Assembly (NCBI GenBank): GCA_025594325.1
Contig: JANHCV010000011.1
Span: forward strand, 1,178,001-1,242,000
Direction: 5' to 3'
From: Blastocladiella emersonii ATCC 22665
Taxonomy: Eukaryota > Fungi > Blastocladiomycota
DNA: 64,000 nt
Shown: positions 1-12,349 of the stretch, piece by piece
Position numbering within the stretch: position 1 is the first letter of the stretch
Layout of the letters: every line of letters starts with the position of its first letter
The notes under the pieces: model-generated
Databases searched by the model: none
Seen by the model: only the letters and a program-made list of their open reading frames with translations
Told to the model about the DNA's origin: nothing
Made by a program: the position numbers and the translations under genes

Positions 1-2042
1 GGACACAGGGGTCCGACTTGGAGAGGCGCTTGAGACCCTCAACGAGCTTGGGCAGGTCGTTGGCGTTCTTGACCTCGACGGCGACCTCGACGACGGGCGA
101 GACCGAGAACTTCATGACCTTGAGGTTGTGGGCCGTCTCCGAGGTGGAGATGGTGCCCGACTTGAGCAGGAACTGGTCGACGCCGACGAGGCCGACGATG
201 TTACCGGCGGGGCAGTCGTCGATCGACTCGACCTTGCCGCCCATCATGAGCACGGTGCGCTGGACCGACTTGACGAACAGGTCCTCCTTCTTGCCCGGGA
301 TGTAGTTGGGGCCCTGGATGCGGACCTTCTGGCCACCGCGGATCGTGCCCGAGAAGACACGGCCGAAGGCGTAGAAGCGGCCCTTGTCCGACGTGGGAAC
401 CATCTTGGAGACGTAGAGCATGAGAGGGCCGTTGGGGTTGCACTCGCGGATACCGACAGCGGACTCGTCGTCGAGGGGACCCTCGTACAGGGTCTCGACA
501 CGGTAGCGCTGGGCCGTGGCGGGCGAGGGCAGGTGGATGACGATCATCTCGAGGAGGGCCTCACCGGCGGGGAGGAACTTCTTCATGACGGTCTTGAGCA
601 GGGGCTTGCCAGTGAGCTCCTTCTCGTCGTTCTTGAGGGGGATATCGAGCTTGGCGAGCATCGACGTGATCTGGTCGGCCTTAAAGTTCATGATGGCGTC
701 GAACACCTTGAAGATGGGGTCGAGCACGAACATGTTGAAGGCGCGGTCGAGCGGCTTGCCGGCGGCGTCCGTCGACTTGGACGTCCACTTCTTGGTGGCG
801 GGGTTGAAGTAGTTCTCGCCCCAGAGCTTGTTCATCATCTTGTTCTTGTCGACACCGAACTTCTTGGCGTAGCGGGCCGCGAACTGGCGCAGGGTGAAGG
901 CCCAGCCGTGGAGACCGGAGCCGAAGGCAACGGTGCCGCGGTCGGGGTAGACCTGGACGTCGCCGAGGGTGGCGTCCATGTACGTCGAGATGATGACGTT
1001 GACGTTCTCGATGACGCGCTGGAAGTTCTGGTACAGGTCCTCCTTCTCCATCTGGAGCTCGAGCAGGGCGCGGTCGACCTTGTTGATGACGAGGACGGGC
1101 TTGATGCGCTCGGTGAGGGCCTGGCGCAGGACGGTCTCGGTCTGCACGCAAACACCCTCGATGGTGTCGACGACGACGAGGGCGCCGTCGGTGACACGGA
1201 GGGCGGCCGTGACCTCGGACGAGAAGTCGACGTGTCCGGGCGAGTCGATGAGGTTGATCAGGAACTCGTTGCCGTCGGTCTTCTGCTTGATGTCGGGGAG
1301 GTCCTCCTCGGCGAGCTGGAAGTACATGGAGATGGCGGTCGACTTGATGGTGATACCGCGCTCCTGCTCGTCCTGGCGCGTGTCGGTGGCACGGGCCTCG
1401 CCGGCCTTACCGGTCGAGATGATACCGGCCTTGGACAGCAGCGAGTCGGTCAGGGTCGACTTGCCGTGGTCGACGTGGGCGATGACCGACATGTTGCGGA
1501 TGTTGGACGTCTTGTCCATCAGCTGACGGATCTGGTCTGCAGGGTCACACGCGCAACGGGTTCATCGTCAGTCGTCCGTTTCTTTTTGGGGAACCGTCGA
1601 GGACGGCGGTTTGGCCGTCTAGAGCAGCGTTTTCGTCGGGCGGCGAGGGTTGGGCGAGACGGCGGCGGACGAGAGACCACGGGTCGGCGAGCGGATGGTC
1701 TAGCACGCCGCGACGGCCGCGCCCGAGGCCACAACGACACGGCGACCAGCGACGCCACCGACGGCGTTTCCGCAGGCGGCGACGGCGCTGACGTTGGTGG
1801 CGACGGCGCTGACGTTGGTGGCGAGTAGCGTCGCGGCGTCGTCGTCGTCCGCGCGGCGAGTGCACAGGACTTCGGGTTGCGGAAGTCGTCACGGCGAGCC
1901 ATCCGCGTGGCCAGCCGTCCGTCCGGCCGGTCCGTTCGTCGGTCCGGTTTTTGGACCGCCACTCGTCCGTTTCTCGACGAAAAACGCTTCTTTTCGGCCA
2001 GAACGCCCGGGGAAGCAGCGTACCGATCGTGAAGTTGACCAT
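1..2042 (-). CDS. EEF2: Translation elongation factor 2 (eEF2), 5' part. Exon 1 2042-2024, intron 2023-1537, exon 2 from 1536 running off the window edge
   Basis: Spliced translation [46 protein letters not shown]...[15 protein letters not shown]...[15 protein letters not shown]; GTPase G1 and G3 motifs; GTACGC donor, ACTGAC branch and CTGCAG acceptor keep the frame. Confidence 0.98.
1778..1824. repeat. 21-bp tandem duplication (GGCGACGGCGCTGACGTTGGT x2 plus partial) inside eEF2 intron 1
   Basis: Read directly at 1778-1798 and 1799-1819. Confidence 0.9.
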
Positions 2043-3061
2043 CTTGACGGCGTTTTCCTTTTAAACGAGATGGGGGTGTCGATAAAAGGTGGGTGCTCGA
2101 AGAGAAGGAGCAGACCTTGGCGGTGGCCCCGCCTTCTTGAGCTGGCGGCCACCTCGCGCCTCGCACCCGCCGAACCCCCCAACTGGACGCCACTCGCCGT
2201 CAGCCACTCGCCGCCCGCTGCTGGCTTCTCGTTGGTCAGTCAGTTCGTCACTGGCCACTCACTGCTGCCCTCGCTCGCGCTGCTGCCCTCGCTCGGCGGC
2301 GGACGGCCCGGCCCTTCCCGCTCCTCTCCCTGCCCGCGCCGCGCCGCGCCGAGCCGAGCGTCTCCCATCCGTTGCCCGACCCGCCCGCGCGATGCTCGCC
2401 GGCCCTGATCTCCACAGACGAAGCTCATGCACACTGACGGCAGCAACGTGCCGAGTCAGAGTCGAGTCAGCACTCCTACCACGCGTCGCCCTCGTAAGTG
2501 AGTCGCGAGGGACTCGAATGGACCTGCCGGCCGAGGCGTGTTGCGTCGCGTCGCGTCGCGTCGCGAACCGAGCGAGCATCTGGTCGCGGACCACGCAGGT
2601 CGACGCCGGCCAGCTCGCCGCGGCGCGAAGTGAGGGACTCGACTCGCGGCGGTGTACGGGCGCGACGACGGGCTCGCAGCGGCTGGGTCGTCGCGTCGTG
2701 TGGCGGGGGAGGTCGGGGGATAAGCGGTCGTATCGTGACGACATAAGGGAGTATCGGTAGCGGACGAGGCCACCGGGACCGCGAGCTTGGGCGAGGTGCA
2801 GCGACACGACCTGCCTCGCGCGTGGTCAGAGTGCTTAGGGATGGGTGCTCTCATGAATAGCCAGTGTCAGCCAAGTGTACCGCACGCGGGCTCAGCGGCG
2901 GCGCGAACAGGGCCGCTGGTAATAGACGCGTCCTCCGCGGCACACGAGTCCATGGTGGACCGTCACTGCGATTTTGGGCGGATCTTGACGCTGTGCCTTG
3001 ACGCGTTGCGCCATCAGGTGTCGGATCACTCAGCCGCTCTCGCCCAAACCTCGCTGTCCAA
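1889..3061. repeat. Copy A of a 1173-bp inverted duplication (eEF2 upstream region, exon 1 and 5' part of intron 1)
   Basis: Reverse complement of 13755-14927. ORF-track proteins are identical on opposite strands (1889..2182-/14634..14927+, 2089..2760+/14056..14727-, 2259..2807-/14009..14557+); coordinate sum is constant at 16816. Confidence 0.97.
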
Positions 3062-6000
3062 GCTCGCCCACACCCTTGAAACCATCGATTCCCCTCCCGC
3101 TCATGGAAACGTGTCGAACCCATTTTGGAGTGGAAGCAGAAGTGGTAGCTACATCAGCTGGCCTCGCTCGCGGCCGCAGAAGAAGCGCGTCAGCTGGTCG
3201 TCATGGACCTTGTCGCGTGCCCACCCAGCACACTGGCGCTCGTCAGATAAGTCTTGGTCGCCGTGCTGAGCGGCAAGCTAGCATGCTGGCGAAAAGTGAA
3301 GTGAAGTGGAACCAGATCGGCGTGAATATAAAAGAGCTTGACGCGCGCGCCACAGCCTTGTTGACCACGGCGTCGTTGATGCTGCTCGCGAAGCGGGCGG
3401 TCGTCGTCGCCGGATTGCCGCCGTTTCGACTCGAAGCACAATGGACCAGGAGTCAGCTCTACTAGTGCAGCGCAGCGGGCGAGCGAGGCGTGAGTGATCG
3501 ATCATCGGCTAATGAGCGGGAGTTGCGGCGGCCCAGGAAAACACGTTCCATGATGGACGACGACCTGCTGCGCCGCCGCCGACACGACCACGACAACGAC
3601 TTGGACTCGAGCGTGCGGGTGCGTAGCTCGAGGATGAGAGTCGTTGGTTCGTGTCGCGCGCTCCGAGCCCAATCATGTCGCGCGCGGGTCATGAGCCATA
3701 GTCGATGCCCTCCGCGGCCATGGCCACAGCGCGAGGCCACGGACACGTGCTGCTGGGCTGGACGATGGCGAACGCGAATGCGTGGCGAGGGCGTCGAGGT
3801 TGCCGAAGCAGCAGATGGGCGACCACGAGGAAGATGATCCGGACACGCTTGAGGAAGAGAGGAGGAGCGACGGTGGCGATACGAATCGATCGACAAACTT
3901 TGTTGAGCGTGCAGCGCGCGCGTCAGTCCACCGTATTTGCAGCAACCACTGCACCCGGAAGAGATGGAGCGTACCATCACGGAATCGAGCCGTGATTGTC
4001 GCGCAGCACCGCTGGTCGCGGCGGCAGAGTCGAAGATGGAGGCGAGTACGGGCGCGCGGAGGAAGAAGGACTCGAAGCCGGTCGAGTCGGCTACACGGTG
4101 GATGCAGTCGCGCGGCTCGGTCAGTATGAGCCGCCGTGCGGATGGTCCCGTCTCGTCTCGGCCACGCGTACCGATATCATCGAGTTGCGGTGTGGTCCGC
4201 CCGTGGCCGCGGTTCTCCTTGAGCTTGACCTCGCTCGTCTCGGTCGGCGCGTACATGACTCGGAGCGGTGGTGGAGATGCAGCCGAGGCCGTCCGTGTAC
4301 GAGTACGAGGCGAGCAGCTGGCCGCGAGCGAGAGATCAACGACGCGGTAGCTCGTTGTTAAGCGGTACAGCGCGCGCGTAAACACGAGTCGGGTCGATGC
4401 GAGCGAGGAGGAGAAGTAGCGCGACTTCCATCAACTACTGGTCGCGGAGAACAGATGTCAGCGATCACGGACTCGGCGGACGGACACGATCGGAAGAAGA
4501 GGGCGCCACGTTCCAGGTCTGCTGCTCGAGTGCTGTTGCTGAGTGTCGGTCGACTCGTCGGTGCCTTGGGTCGTCGGCTCATGGATTGTGAACTCGCCGT
4601 GCAGCCCGTTGTCGTTCACGCTGATCTCGATCGTGCAGCTCTTGGCCGTCGCCGCTGCGCGAAGCGAAGCCGAGGTTGTCGAAGGCCGCGAATAGTAGCT
4701 CTTGAGCTCGCAGGCGGGATGCTCGCTCGGGTGCGTGCCGTAGTAGTCGTTGGAGTAGTCGTCGCTGCTGTTGTCACGCTCCGACGGACCTCGTCTGGCC
4801 GTGTTCCGTTCGGGAGATTTCAGTCCTCTACATTCGAACGACGCGTCAGTTTCCAGCAACGACGCGGTGGCAAAGGATCCGGAGCGTGCCTCCGCAGTAG
4901 TAGCGGTAGCACTGTCCACTGGTGCAGCGGCGGCGGACGCGCACACGGCAACGTCGGCGGTGCGCGATGATGCTGACCTGGATCGACTTGACGCGCTAGC
5001 GCGAGGCGGAATCACGATGATGCGCGCACACGCAATGGCCATGGACATGACGGCAGCAGCGGAAGCGCTTGCAAGAGAGAGACGCGCAAGTACTTGGTCA
5101 AGGCTCACACAATGGGCTTCTAGCGCAGAGCGCAGGGCGAGCGAGTGGTGCGTGAGTGAGTGATCGGCCAACTTCGCACGAGTGAGAGATCCAGCGCGAC
5201 ACGTCCCAGGTTGACGTTGACCTGCGACCCCGCTGTGTGACGCTCGCCGCCGACTTGAGCTGGTCGTCCACATCGCGGCGCGTTGTGTCGTGGCTGGCCG
5301 GAGCTTGGAGGTCGACGCGCGCGTGGTGTGTTGTCGCGGAAGTCGATGAAGTCGATGAAGTCGACTCGTAGAAGGCGAGTCGCAGTTGTTGAGAGTACCG
5401 TATTGAGTCAGCTGGGCCGAGGACCGCTGCTGACGACCGAGATGGCGGCGGCCGTTGCAGTTCCAGAACGACCGACGCCGAGGCGCCCTGCCGCTTGAAG
5501 TCGTCGCAGGGGGGGAAGTTGAGCTTCGACGACGGCGACGAGTACGTGAGGCTCAGCCCGGCTCGACCCAGCTCGACCCGGCGCCGCGCGTAGTATCGTT
5601 CGGTTGAGAAGTCGTAGCGTCGTACTCGCCCTAGCCATGAGCGACGCGTCAGTCACGATTCTGTGGGTGGCAGCAAGCGCTTTGCGCGTACCATACGCTA
5701 CCCCTCGACTCGGCTTGAACTCGGTGCGCGTGGTCTCGGGCATGGACGACGACGATGGCCATCTTGGACTGCTGCTCCTTGCTGGACGACCCGCGGCCCA
5801 AGCGAGTCTTCATGACCACGACCATGGCCATGGCCATGGCCGCGCGCTCGATCTCGAACAGCGAGTGAGCTCTCGAGCGGGTTTGCGTCGAGCTTCTCGG
5901 TGAGCGCGAGATTCTTGAAGATGAGCGAGAGCTGGCCCACGCCACGCCCAATGCTGCCGCTGCCCTTGAACGCGCACGTGATGGTTCCTGGTCGTGGTGT

Positions 6001-8949
6001 GTTGTCGCCGAGGAGCGCCAGCGCCTCGATCGCGGAACACGGCGAGGATCTGGAGAAATACAGCAACAGAATGAGGTGAGTGATCATCGTTCATACTTAC
6101 GTGGCGACCGACGCGAATCGACACGCGTACCATCCATGCAGGGCGATGTACGCCGCCCGCCCGCCGACTTGGACTCGCGCCGCACCGCCGCACGGTCGGT
6201 AGAGCGTCGAGCGTCGAGCGTCATGCCGTATGTTGAACGTGAGCGTCGAGCGCGGCCGACTTGAGGCGTCGTTGTAGCGTGCTGCCGTAGTAGTCGAGCG
6301 ACTCGGTCCCTCGAACTTGCGCGCACAACCCCCGCCGCGGGCAGCCGCGCAACGGTTGCTACAGGATCGGACGTGGGTAAGCGACGAGTGCGTGGCGGTC
6401 ACTACGAGACTATGAAAACTCGTACCGTCGCTCTGCTTGAGAGGCAAACGTCGAGAGGAAGCGGCCTTGCTGCGAGAACTGGGCGAGAAACACGAGGAAC
6501 GGCACATGGCCGCGCGACAGCCCGTCATCGCCGCAGCCAGCACGCCCGAATGCGAGCTTGAAGTCGTCGCTGCTACGCGGAAGCCGCCGACCCAGGTCAG
6601 TGACAAGCCGAGCGATGGCTGCCGTGAAAACGCGCGTACCGTCACCGAGTCGTTGCTGCCGCATCGGGATCGACGCGATCCGGTTCGAGCTTGACCTGCA
6701 TCTTGACGCATCGATCAACGACGGCGACGCGTTTCGATGACAGCGCCACGAGTCGGAGCAAGTACCAGCCTGACGTTGAGGAGGAGGAGCGTGGATGCCT
6801 GCCTGGAACGATGCGCGCGTCGCGTCGCGTCAGCAGATGCCGCGAAGCGGCCCTTTTCGTACCAGATGTAGCAAAAGCGCCGCCGAACATGATCGAGGAC
6901 CCGCGGAGGCGAAGAGTTGGATGCGGAGGGCGCGTGGCGACGCTCGGTCGGTATACACAGGTGGATGCGTGGGTCAGCATCGACGGCGACCCACGGACTT
7001 GACCGTCCCCGTACCGGAGCCAGGATAGAGCGGATGGTGCTGCACGGCGGTGTGAAGGGAGTGCCGCCACCCCGCGCGTCTCGTGCGACGAGTGGTTGTG
7101 GTGCACGGAGCCCTGGACGGTTCGTGGCGGCGTCAATGTAACGGGCTGCTCGCGCGCGTCGACACGCGCGTACCTCGGTACGGGCGGCGCGTGCGTCGAG
7201 TAGTTGCGGGTGGTATCGCAGCGGATCGCGCGCGGAAGGGGAATAGTTGATGGCATCGCAAGGAGTAGACGTGGTGTGACGAGAGAAAAAGTTTGCTCTA
7301 CGCGTCGGTGCGACGCGTTTCTGGATACAAAGCGCGAGTGGCGCGTCTCCCCGACGCGTCTCTCACGGCTGCGGGACAATTTCGCGTGCACACCTGACCC
7401 CGCTGACCGCGAAGCGCTGCGATTTTCGCCTCGCGTCCGCCCGAGAACCGATTATCGAGGTTCTACCAAGTCTCTTGCGTCGGCACTTGCGCTCAGCACC
7501 TGCACCAGCGCTGCGAGAGCACTCCCAAGCTTCTGCGTCTCAACTCGAGCGCGTTGCGCCACAGCCGCACGCGACGTGGCGTCACCGCACTTCTCACGAA
7601 CGCTTCCGCTGGCGGCCGCTTCTCCCCCTCGACGGCGCGTTCACAGGCGTCCCGCGGTATCATGGACCGCACTTAACCTCCGCGACTGTTTGCAACGGTG
7701 CTCGTGCGGCCGCCTTGGCAGGCTCCCGAGCGCGCAGCGGGCAGGACTCGGATTGTCGGTGTCGCGGGCACGGCAGCCCCGATCGGCACCCATGAGATTG
7801 ATAGACATTGTCCACGACTCGCTGGGGCAGTCATACGGGAGAGGATCCGGCTTCGAGTAGACTCCGCGGGTCTGCTCCAGCATGGCATGCTGGAGCACGC
7901 GCGCGTCGGTCAGGCTGATCGACGCGCGCCTTCGCCACGGCTTGCTGCACTCGCACTGCAGCTTCGCTCGCATCCATATCACATCTCCATCTTCTTCGTG
8001 GCGCTCATGACTGAGTACGGTTGCCCGAGTCGTGTCGCAGCAACACATCCGCCTCAGCCCGTTGCCAACCACTCGCCTCGCCGTCCCGCAGCGTCGCCGG
8101 TGGGTCTGAGTGCCGCCTTCCATTTTGCTTCATGTGGTCGTGCGAGAAAGCGTTGACCGGCGAGCGCTTCCCGATGTCCAGCGACGCGTTCCGATGCAAC
8201 AGACACGCCGTTGCCCGCTTCGGCACGCGTCGTCTCCGTGCGAACACCAACCGACCGCGTCGGCTCACGCGATCGTTGCCGACTTCTTCCTCGTGGGTCG
8301 CTCGCGAAACGCGCCCGAGAGTGGCGAGACGTGCCCCTCACGATGTGAGTTGTTGGTGAGCCTGGCGTCATGAACGCCGCGTCGAGGCGGCCGCCGCCCT
8401 CTCCCTCTGACGCCACTCCGCCGCGAACGCACCGAATGAAACGCAACCGTTACTTGCTACATTCTGTCCCCCGGGTGTCCTTCGCGCCCTGGTCGCCGCA
8501 AAATGGCCGGATCCGGCGCTGCCGGCGCTGTGTGTGTCGCACGGCCGCACCGTGCTCCGCCTGAGCTCCGCGGCGTCGATCATTACACGCACCGTGCCGG
8601 CAGGCCCTCGCACATCTGTATACCAGGATTTAAGGTCTAGACCGCTTCCGCGGTCGCCCCGCTGCACTTACGCGTGCGTGTGAGCCAAGGCCCTGCTCGT
8701 CCGCGTCGCTGTATCGGTCTGGGGCATGGGCTTCAGCAGTCCACCGGTGCCTTTCGTGTGGACCGAATACGCCCTTGACCATTGCTACGACGCGTTGGCG
8801 GCGCGAGTGAACTGTGCGAGACATGGCTGCGAGACATCCCGTGCCTGTCACTCGCGTCGCGGAGCGCGATCAAGCTTCTTGCGCTTCACCCTGCTCTGAG
8901 TGGAGAACGGACGACGGTGTATCGCATACAATTATCCCCACCCACCTTC

Positions 8950-10160
8950 TCAGATATAAAACTCCGGACTTTCAAGCCGCCCGCGCTGCTTGACCCTGCC
9001 CGGCGCCCCGCCCGCGGGCGGGAACAGGGGGTACTTGTACGCGGCGAGCAGGAGGTCCTTAATCGCGGGCCACGCCATAACCTGGTGCGTGCGCTCGACG
9101 GTGCCTGACAGGTACTCCTTGCGCATCAGCGGGAACCGGATCAGCCGCACCAGCTCCGTCATGACCACCTGGTGCTCGGCCGTCGCCGCCTGCGACCACT
9201 GCAGCGGCCACACGCCACTGGCGCCGCCGGTGGTGCTGCGGGGAGAGCCGAGCGGGTCGAACGGCGACTTGAGCGGCGACGTGGCGACCGACACGAGCGA
9301 CGCGGGCGGCGGGTGGTGGGTGAAGGCGGTGGTGGTGGTCAGCGGGCTCGTGTTGCTGCGGCCCGGCGACGCGAACCGACCGCCGCTGCCGCCGAACCCA
9401 CTCGACCCCGTGGACCCGAGCCCGAGCGTCGAGTCGCCTACACTGCCCGCAGCGCTCCCACCCGTCCCCGTCCCCGCCGCGGGCGTACGCGCGGGCGCCG
9501 AGTGCATGCGGTCGTGCGGGAACTGGCCCGCCGCCGATGCCGTCGCGGCACCGGGACCCGCCGCCATCTGCGCGGCCGGCGGCGGGCGCAGCGGGTCGTC
9601 GGAATCGAGCGTTGGGTCGTCCGCGAGGAACGCGTCGAGCGCCGACTCGGCCGCAAGAGCTGACAGCGACCCTGCCTGTGCACCCGCGTCTTCCTGCGTC
9701 TCGCCAGAGCCGCCGTCCACATTGAGCTCGGTCAGCACGCGCTGCTTCGGCGACCCCGCGCGCTCGACGTCAACCTCGAGCGACGGGAGGTTGGGCTACG
9801 GGAACACAGGCGAGTGGACTTCGCCGTGCTGCGTGCCTGTAGCGGCGGTCGGTAATGGACCCCATGGCGATACAGGCGCCGCGCTGAACCCGGCCGCGGC
9901 GCCGCTCGTCTCGTGGACGAGTGTGCCGGGGATTACAAGCGGGCGCGTGCGCGCAGCACGCGCCCTGGTACTGCCGCCTCCGTCTTCGAAGCGAGCGGGG
10001 ATCCGCTCAGCGAAGAAGTTGATCACGGGCTCCCCGGACTCGACGTTAAGGCGGGCCGCCAACAGGACGGAGCGCATCAGGTCGGGCGTAATCCCGGCGA
10101 TACCCTCCTTGACCTGCTGCGCGGCGAGCAGGACGACCGGTTGTACAGGAAGTCGCCGCC
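8950..10160 (-). pseudogene. Probable decayed gene with a BACK-domain-like C-terminal segment (BTB/BACK family-like)
   Basis: ELVRLIRFPLMRKEYLSGTVERTHQVMAWPAIKDLLLAAYKY resembles the end of BACK domains. The frame continues through an in-frame TAG at 9796-9798 (nonsense or acceptor), and the downstream exon candidate (8700-8900) has further stops. Confidence 0.45.
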
Positions 10161-10718
10161 GCCGGCGGTCGTGGTGACAGACGCGTGGCGCGAGCGCGCG
10201 AGCTGTGCGGGCGACCTGACCACGTTCTCGCCGTCGGCGCCGCCGCCCGCAAAGGCGAGTAGCGACAAGGAGGCGCGACTCACGGACGAATAGGGTGCAA
10301 AGGCGGTCAAAGTGACACGCGAGAAACGCCAACGCACGCTGTCCCGTCGTGACGAAGCCGAGTTGGCAGCAGCCGTCGCGACTGCCGCTTGGACAAAGCA
10401 CGAGGGGTAACTTCGGAGCATGATGCGAGTTGCGACAATTGCTCACTGAAAACGCTTCCAAGAGCGGGATAAGATCGATGGTTTTTAGGGTATGAGTGAG
10501 CTTAGGGCCCGTTTGGTTCAGATCAGGTGGATCAGCTGAAAAAGTTGCCACGTTTCACCTCACCCCCGTTCATCTCAGCGGCCGTGCGAACCAAACGCCC
10601 CGCTGGATGAACCCCCCCCCCCCCCGCAATAAAATCTTTCCCACCTCTTTGCAGCCGCACTTATTGCAACGAATCAACACCTAACCTCACGCATCGTGTT
10701 CTCGAGCCCTCAAACAAC

Positions 10719-12036
10719 ATGGGCAAGGGATACAACCGCAAGCTGCGCGGCCTAATGCTCACAGCCGCCCTCGCTCTCCTGCGACGTCTCGCTGCTCGCA
10801 ACGAGCGCCGCTCCTGGGAGCCTATCCGCACGTCCACGCTTTCCGGCGAGTCGTGGGTTTAAGAGCTGCTGACGTGCAACAGCGAAACGCGTTTTTCGGA
10901 AATCGCCCGTATGCCCCGCGAGACCTTCAAGGCCATCTGCCGCCTGTTCCGCGACCGTGGCCTTCTCGCCGACGGCCGCGAGCTGTCCGTCGAGGCGCGC
11001 TTCATGGTTTTTCTTGTCATGGCCGGCGAGGGCAGCACCAACCGCAACCTCAGGGAGCGGTTCCAAATCTCTGGCGAGACCGCGTCCAGGGTTCTGAAGC
11101 AAGTGCTCGACGCTCTGTACCGCCTGATGCCCGAGTTCATTGTCCAGCCGTCCGATTCTACGCCCGTGCATGAGCGCATCGCCCACGACCCGAAATACGC
11201 TCCGTTCCAGAACGCGGTCGGCGCGCTTGACGGAACGCACATCCCGTTTGTTGTGCCCGCCAAGCTTCACGACTCGTTCCGAAACCGCAAGGGGACCATA
11301 TACTCAAATGTCCTCGCTGCCTGCGACTTTGACTTGAACTTCACCTACGTTCTCGCAGGGTGGGAGGGCAAGGCGCACGACTCGCGCGTGCTCTCGGACG
11401 CCTTCGCCCGTGGGTTCAAGATCCCCGCCGGCCGCTTCTACCTCGCCGACGGCGGCTACGCAAACCGCACGTCCATCATCGTGCCCTTCAGCGGTACCCG
11501 CTATCATCTTCGCGAGTTTGCCCGCGGCAAGGATGGGTACGTTCTCACTGCCATGACCATCACGTTGGCGCCATCTCATCTGCTTCACCAACGTACGTAG
11601 AGTTAAGAACCGCGAAGAGCTTTTCAATCTGCGTCACGCGTCGCTCCGCAACTCCATTGAGCATATCTTTGGCGTGCTCAAGAAGCGGTTCCGCGTCCTC
11701 TCGATTGGCGCGGCCTACCCAATCAAGACTCAAGTCAAGCTTGTGTACGCGCTCTGCACGCTGCACAACATGATCAACAAGTGGAACCAAGGCGGCGACG
11801 CCTTCTTTCGCGACGCCGAGACGGAGCTCCGGCGCGCGCGGGACGCGGCGCGTGAGGCGCCAGTGCGTGGGCGCGAGCCCCTGGACGACGAGAACGAGGA
11901 GGACGACGAGGCCGCTGTCCTCGAGGCCTCGCTGGACGGAGCTCGTCAGCGCGGTATCTCGCTTCGGAACCGCGTCGCAAATGTTCTTTGGACCGAGTAC
12001 AGGCGCGTCATGGCCGCTCGTGGGACCCGTCTTTGA
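10719..12036 (+). pseudogene. Harbinger DDE transposase (DDE_Tnp_4-like). Exons 10719-11536 and 11601-12036; in-frame TAA at codon 48 (10860-10862); open from Met65 (10911)
   Basis: Motifs GALDGTHI, GWEGKAHDSRV, YLADGGY, and after splicing ELFNLRHASLRNSIEHIFGVLKKRF; GTACGT...TAG intron of 64 nt restores the frame. Confidence 0.93.
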
Positions 12037-12349
12037 AGGCGCGAAATAATTGTTGTACCCGCATGCATGCTGTAATATACTGATTTGTCAAGTACTATAA
12101 CGTTAGATAAGCGATTCCAGATGATTTGACGCGTCGCTGAGGTCAGAACGCATCGGTGGAGACGCGTCGATCAATCACGTGACGTGCGAGACACTTTGAG
12201 AACCACGCGTTTCTCAACGAGTCGCGTCATTTTCGAGCGAAGGGTAACGATTGAAGATACGATGGACACAAAGCCAGATGTATTGGACACAAATGGGCGA
12301 GAACAAGGCCAGGAAGCAACGCGAGGGGAGGGGGACATGTGCGAGAGAG

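Noticed and set aside
128-1828. 566-aa plus-strand ORF, and similar long antisense ORFs (17686-19197, 26875-28284, 39457-41193, 58852-60402)
   Set aside because: They are shadows of real genes on the opposite strand; strong GC3 bias removes antisense stops and the translations have no domain character.
3190-3441. GCGARVKLFYIH...FRQH as a FAR1/WRKY-type MULE zinc finger
   Set aside because: The upstream Cys and the terminal HxH are missing, and no transposase core is nearby.
5815-5850. Recurrent GHGHGRG peptides (also ~28410 and ~63140)
   Set aside because: Explained by GGCCAT/GGCCAC/GGTCGT hexamer microsatellites; no flanking homology.
9796-10862. In-frame TAG (9796) and TAA (10860) suggesting stop-to-Gln recoding
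   Set aside because: Conserved genes here end normally on TAA (TOA2, eIF2B-alpha, LAMTOR2) and TAG (Myb gene, 7TM) and have no internal stops, so these are nonsense mutations or splice sites.
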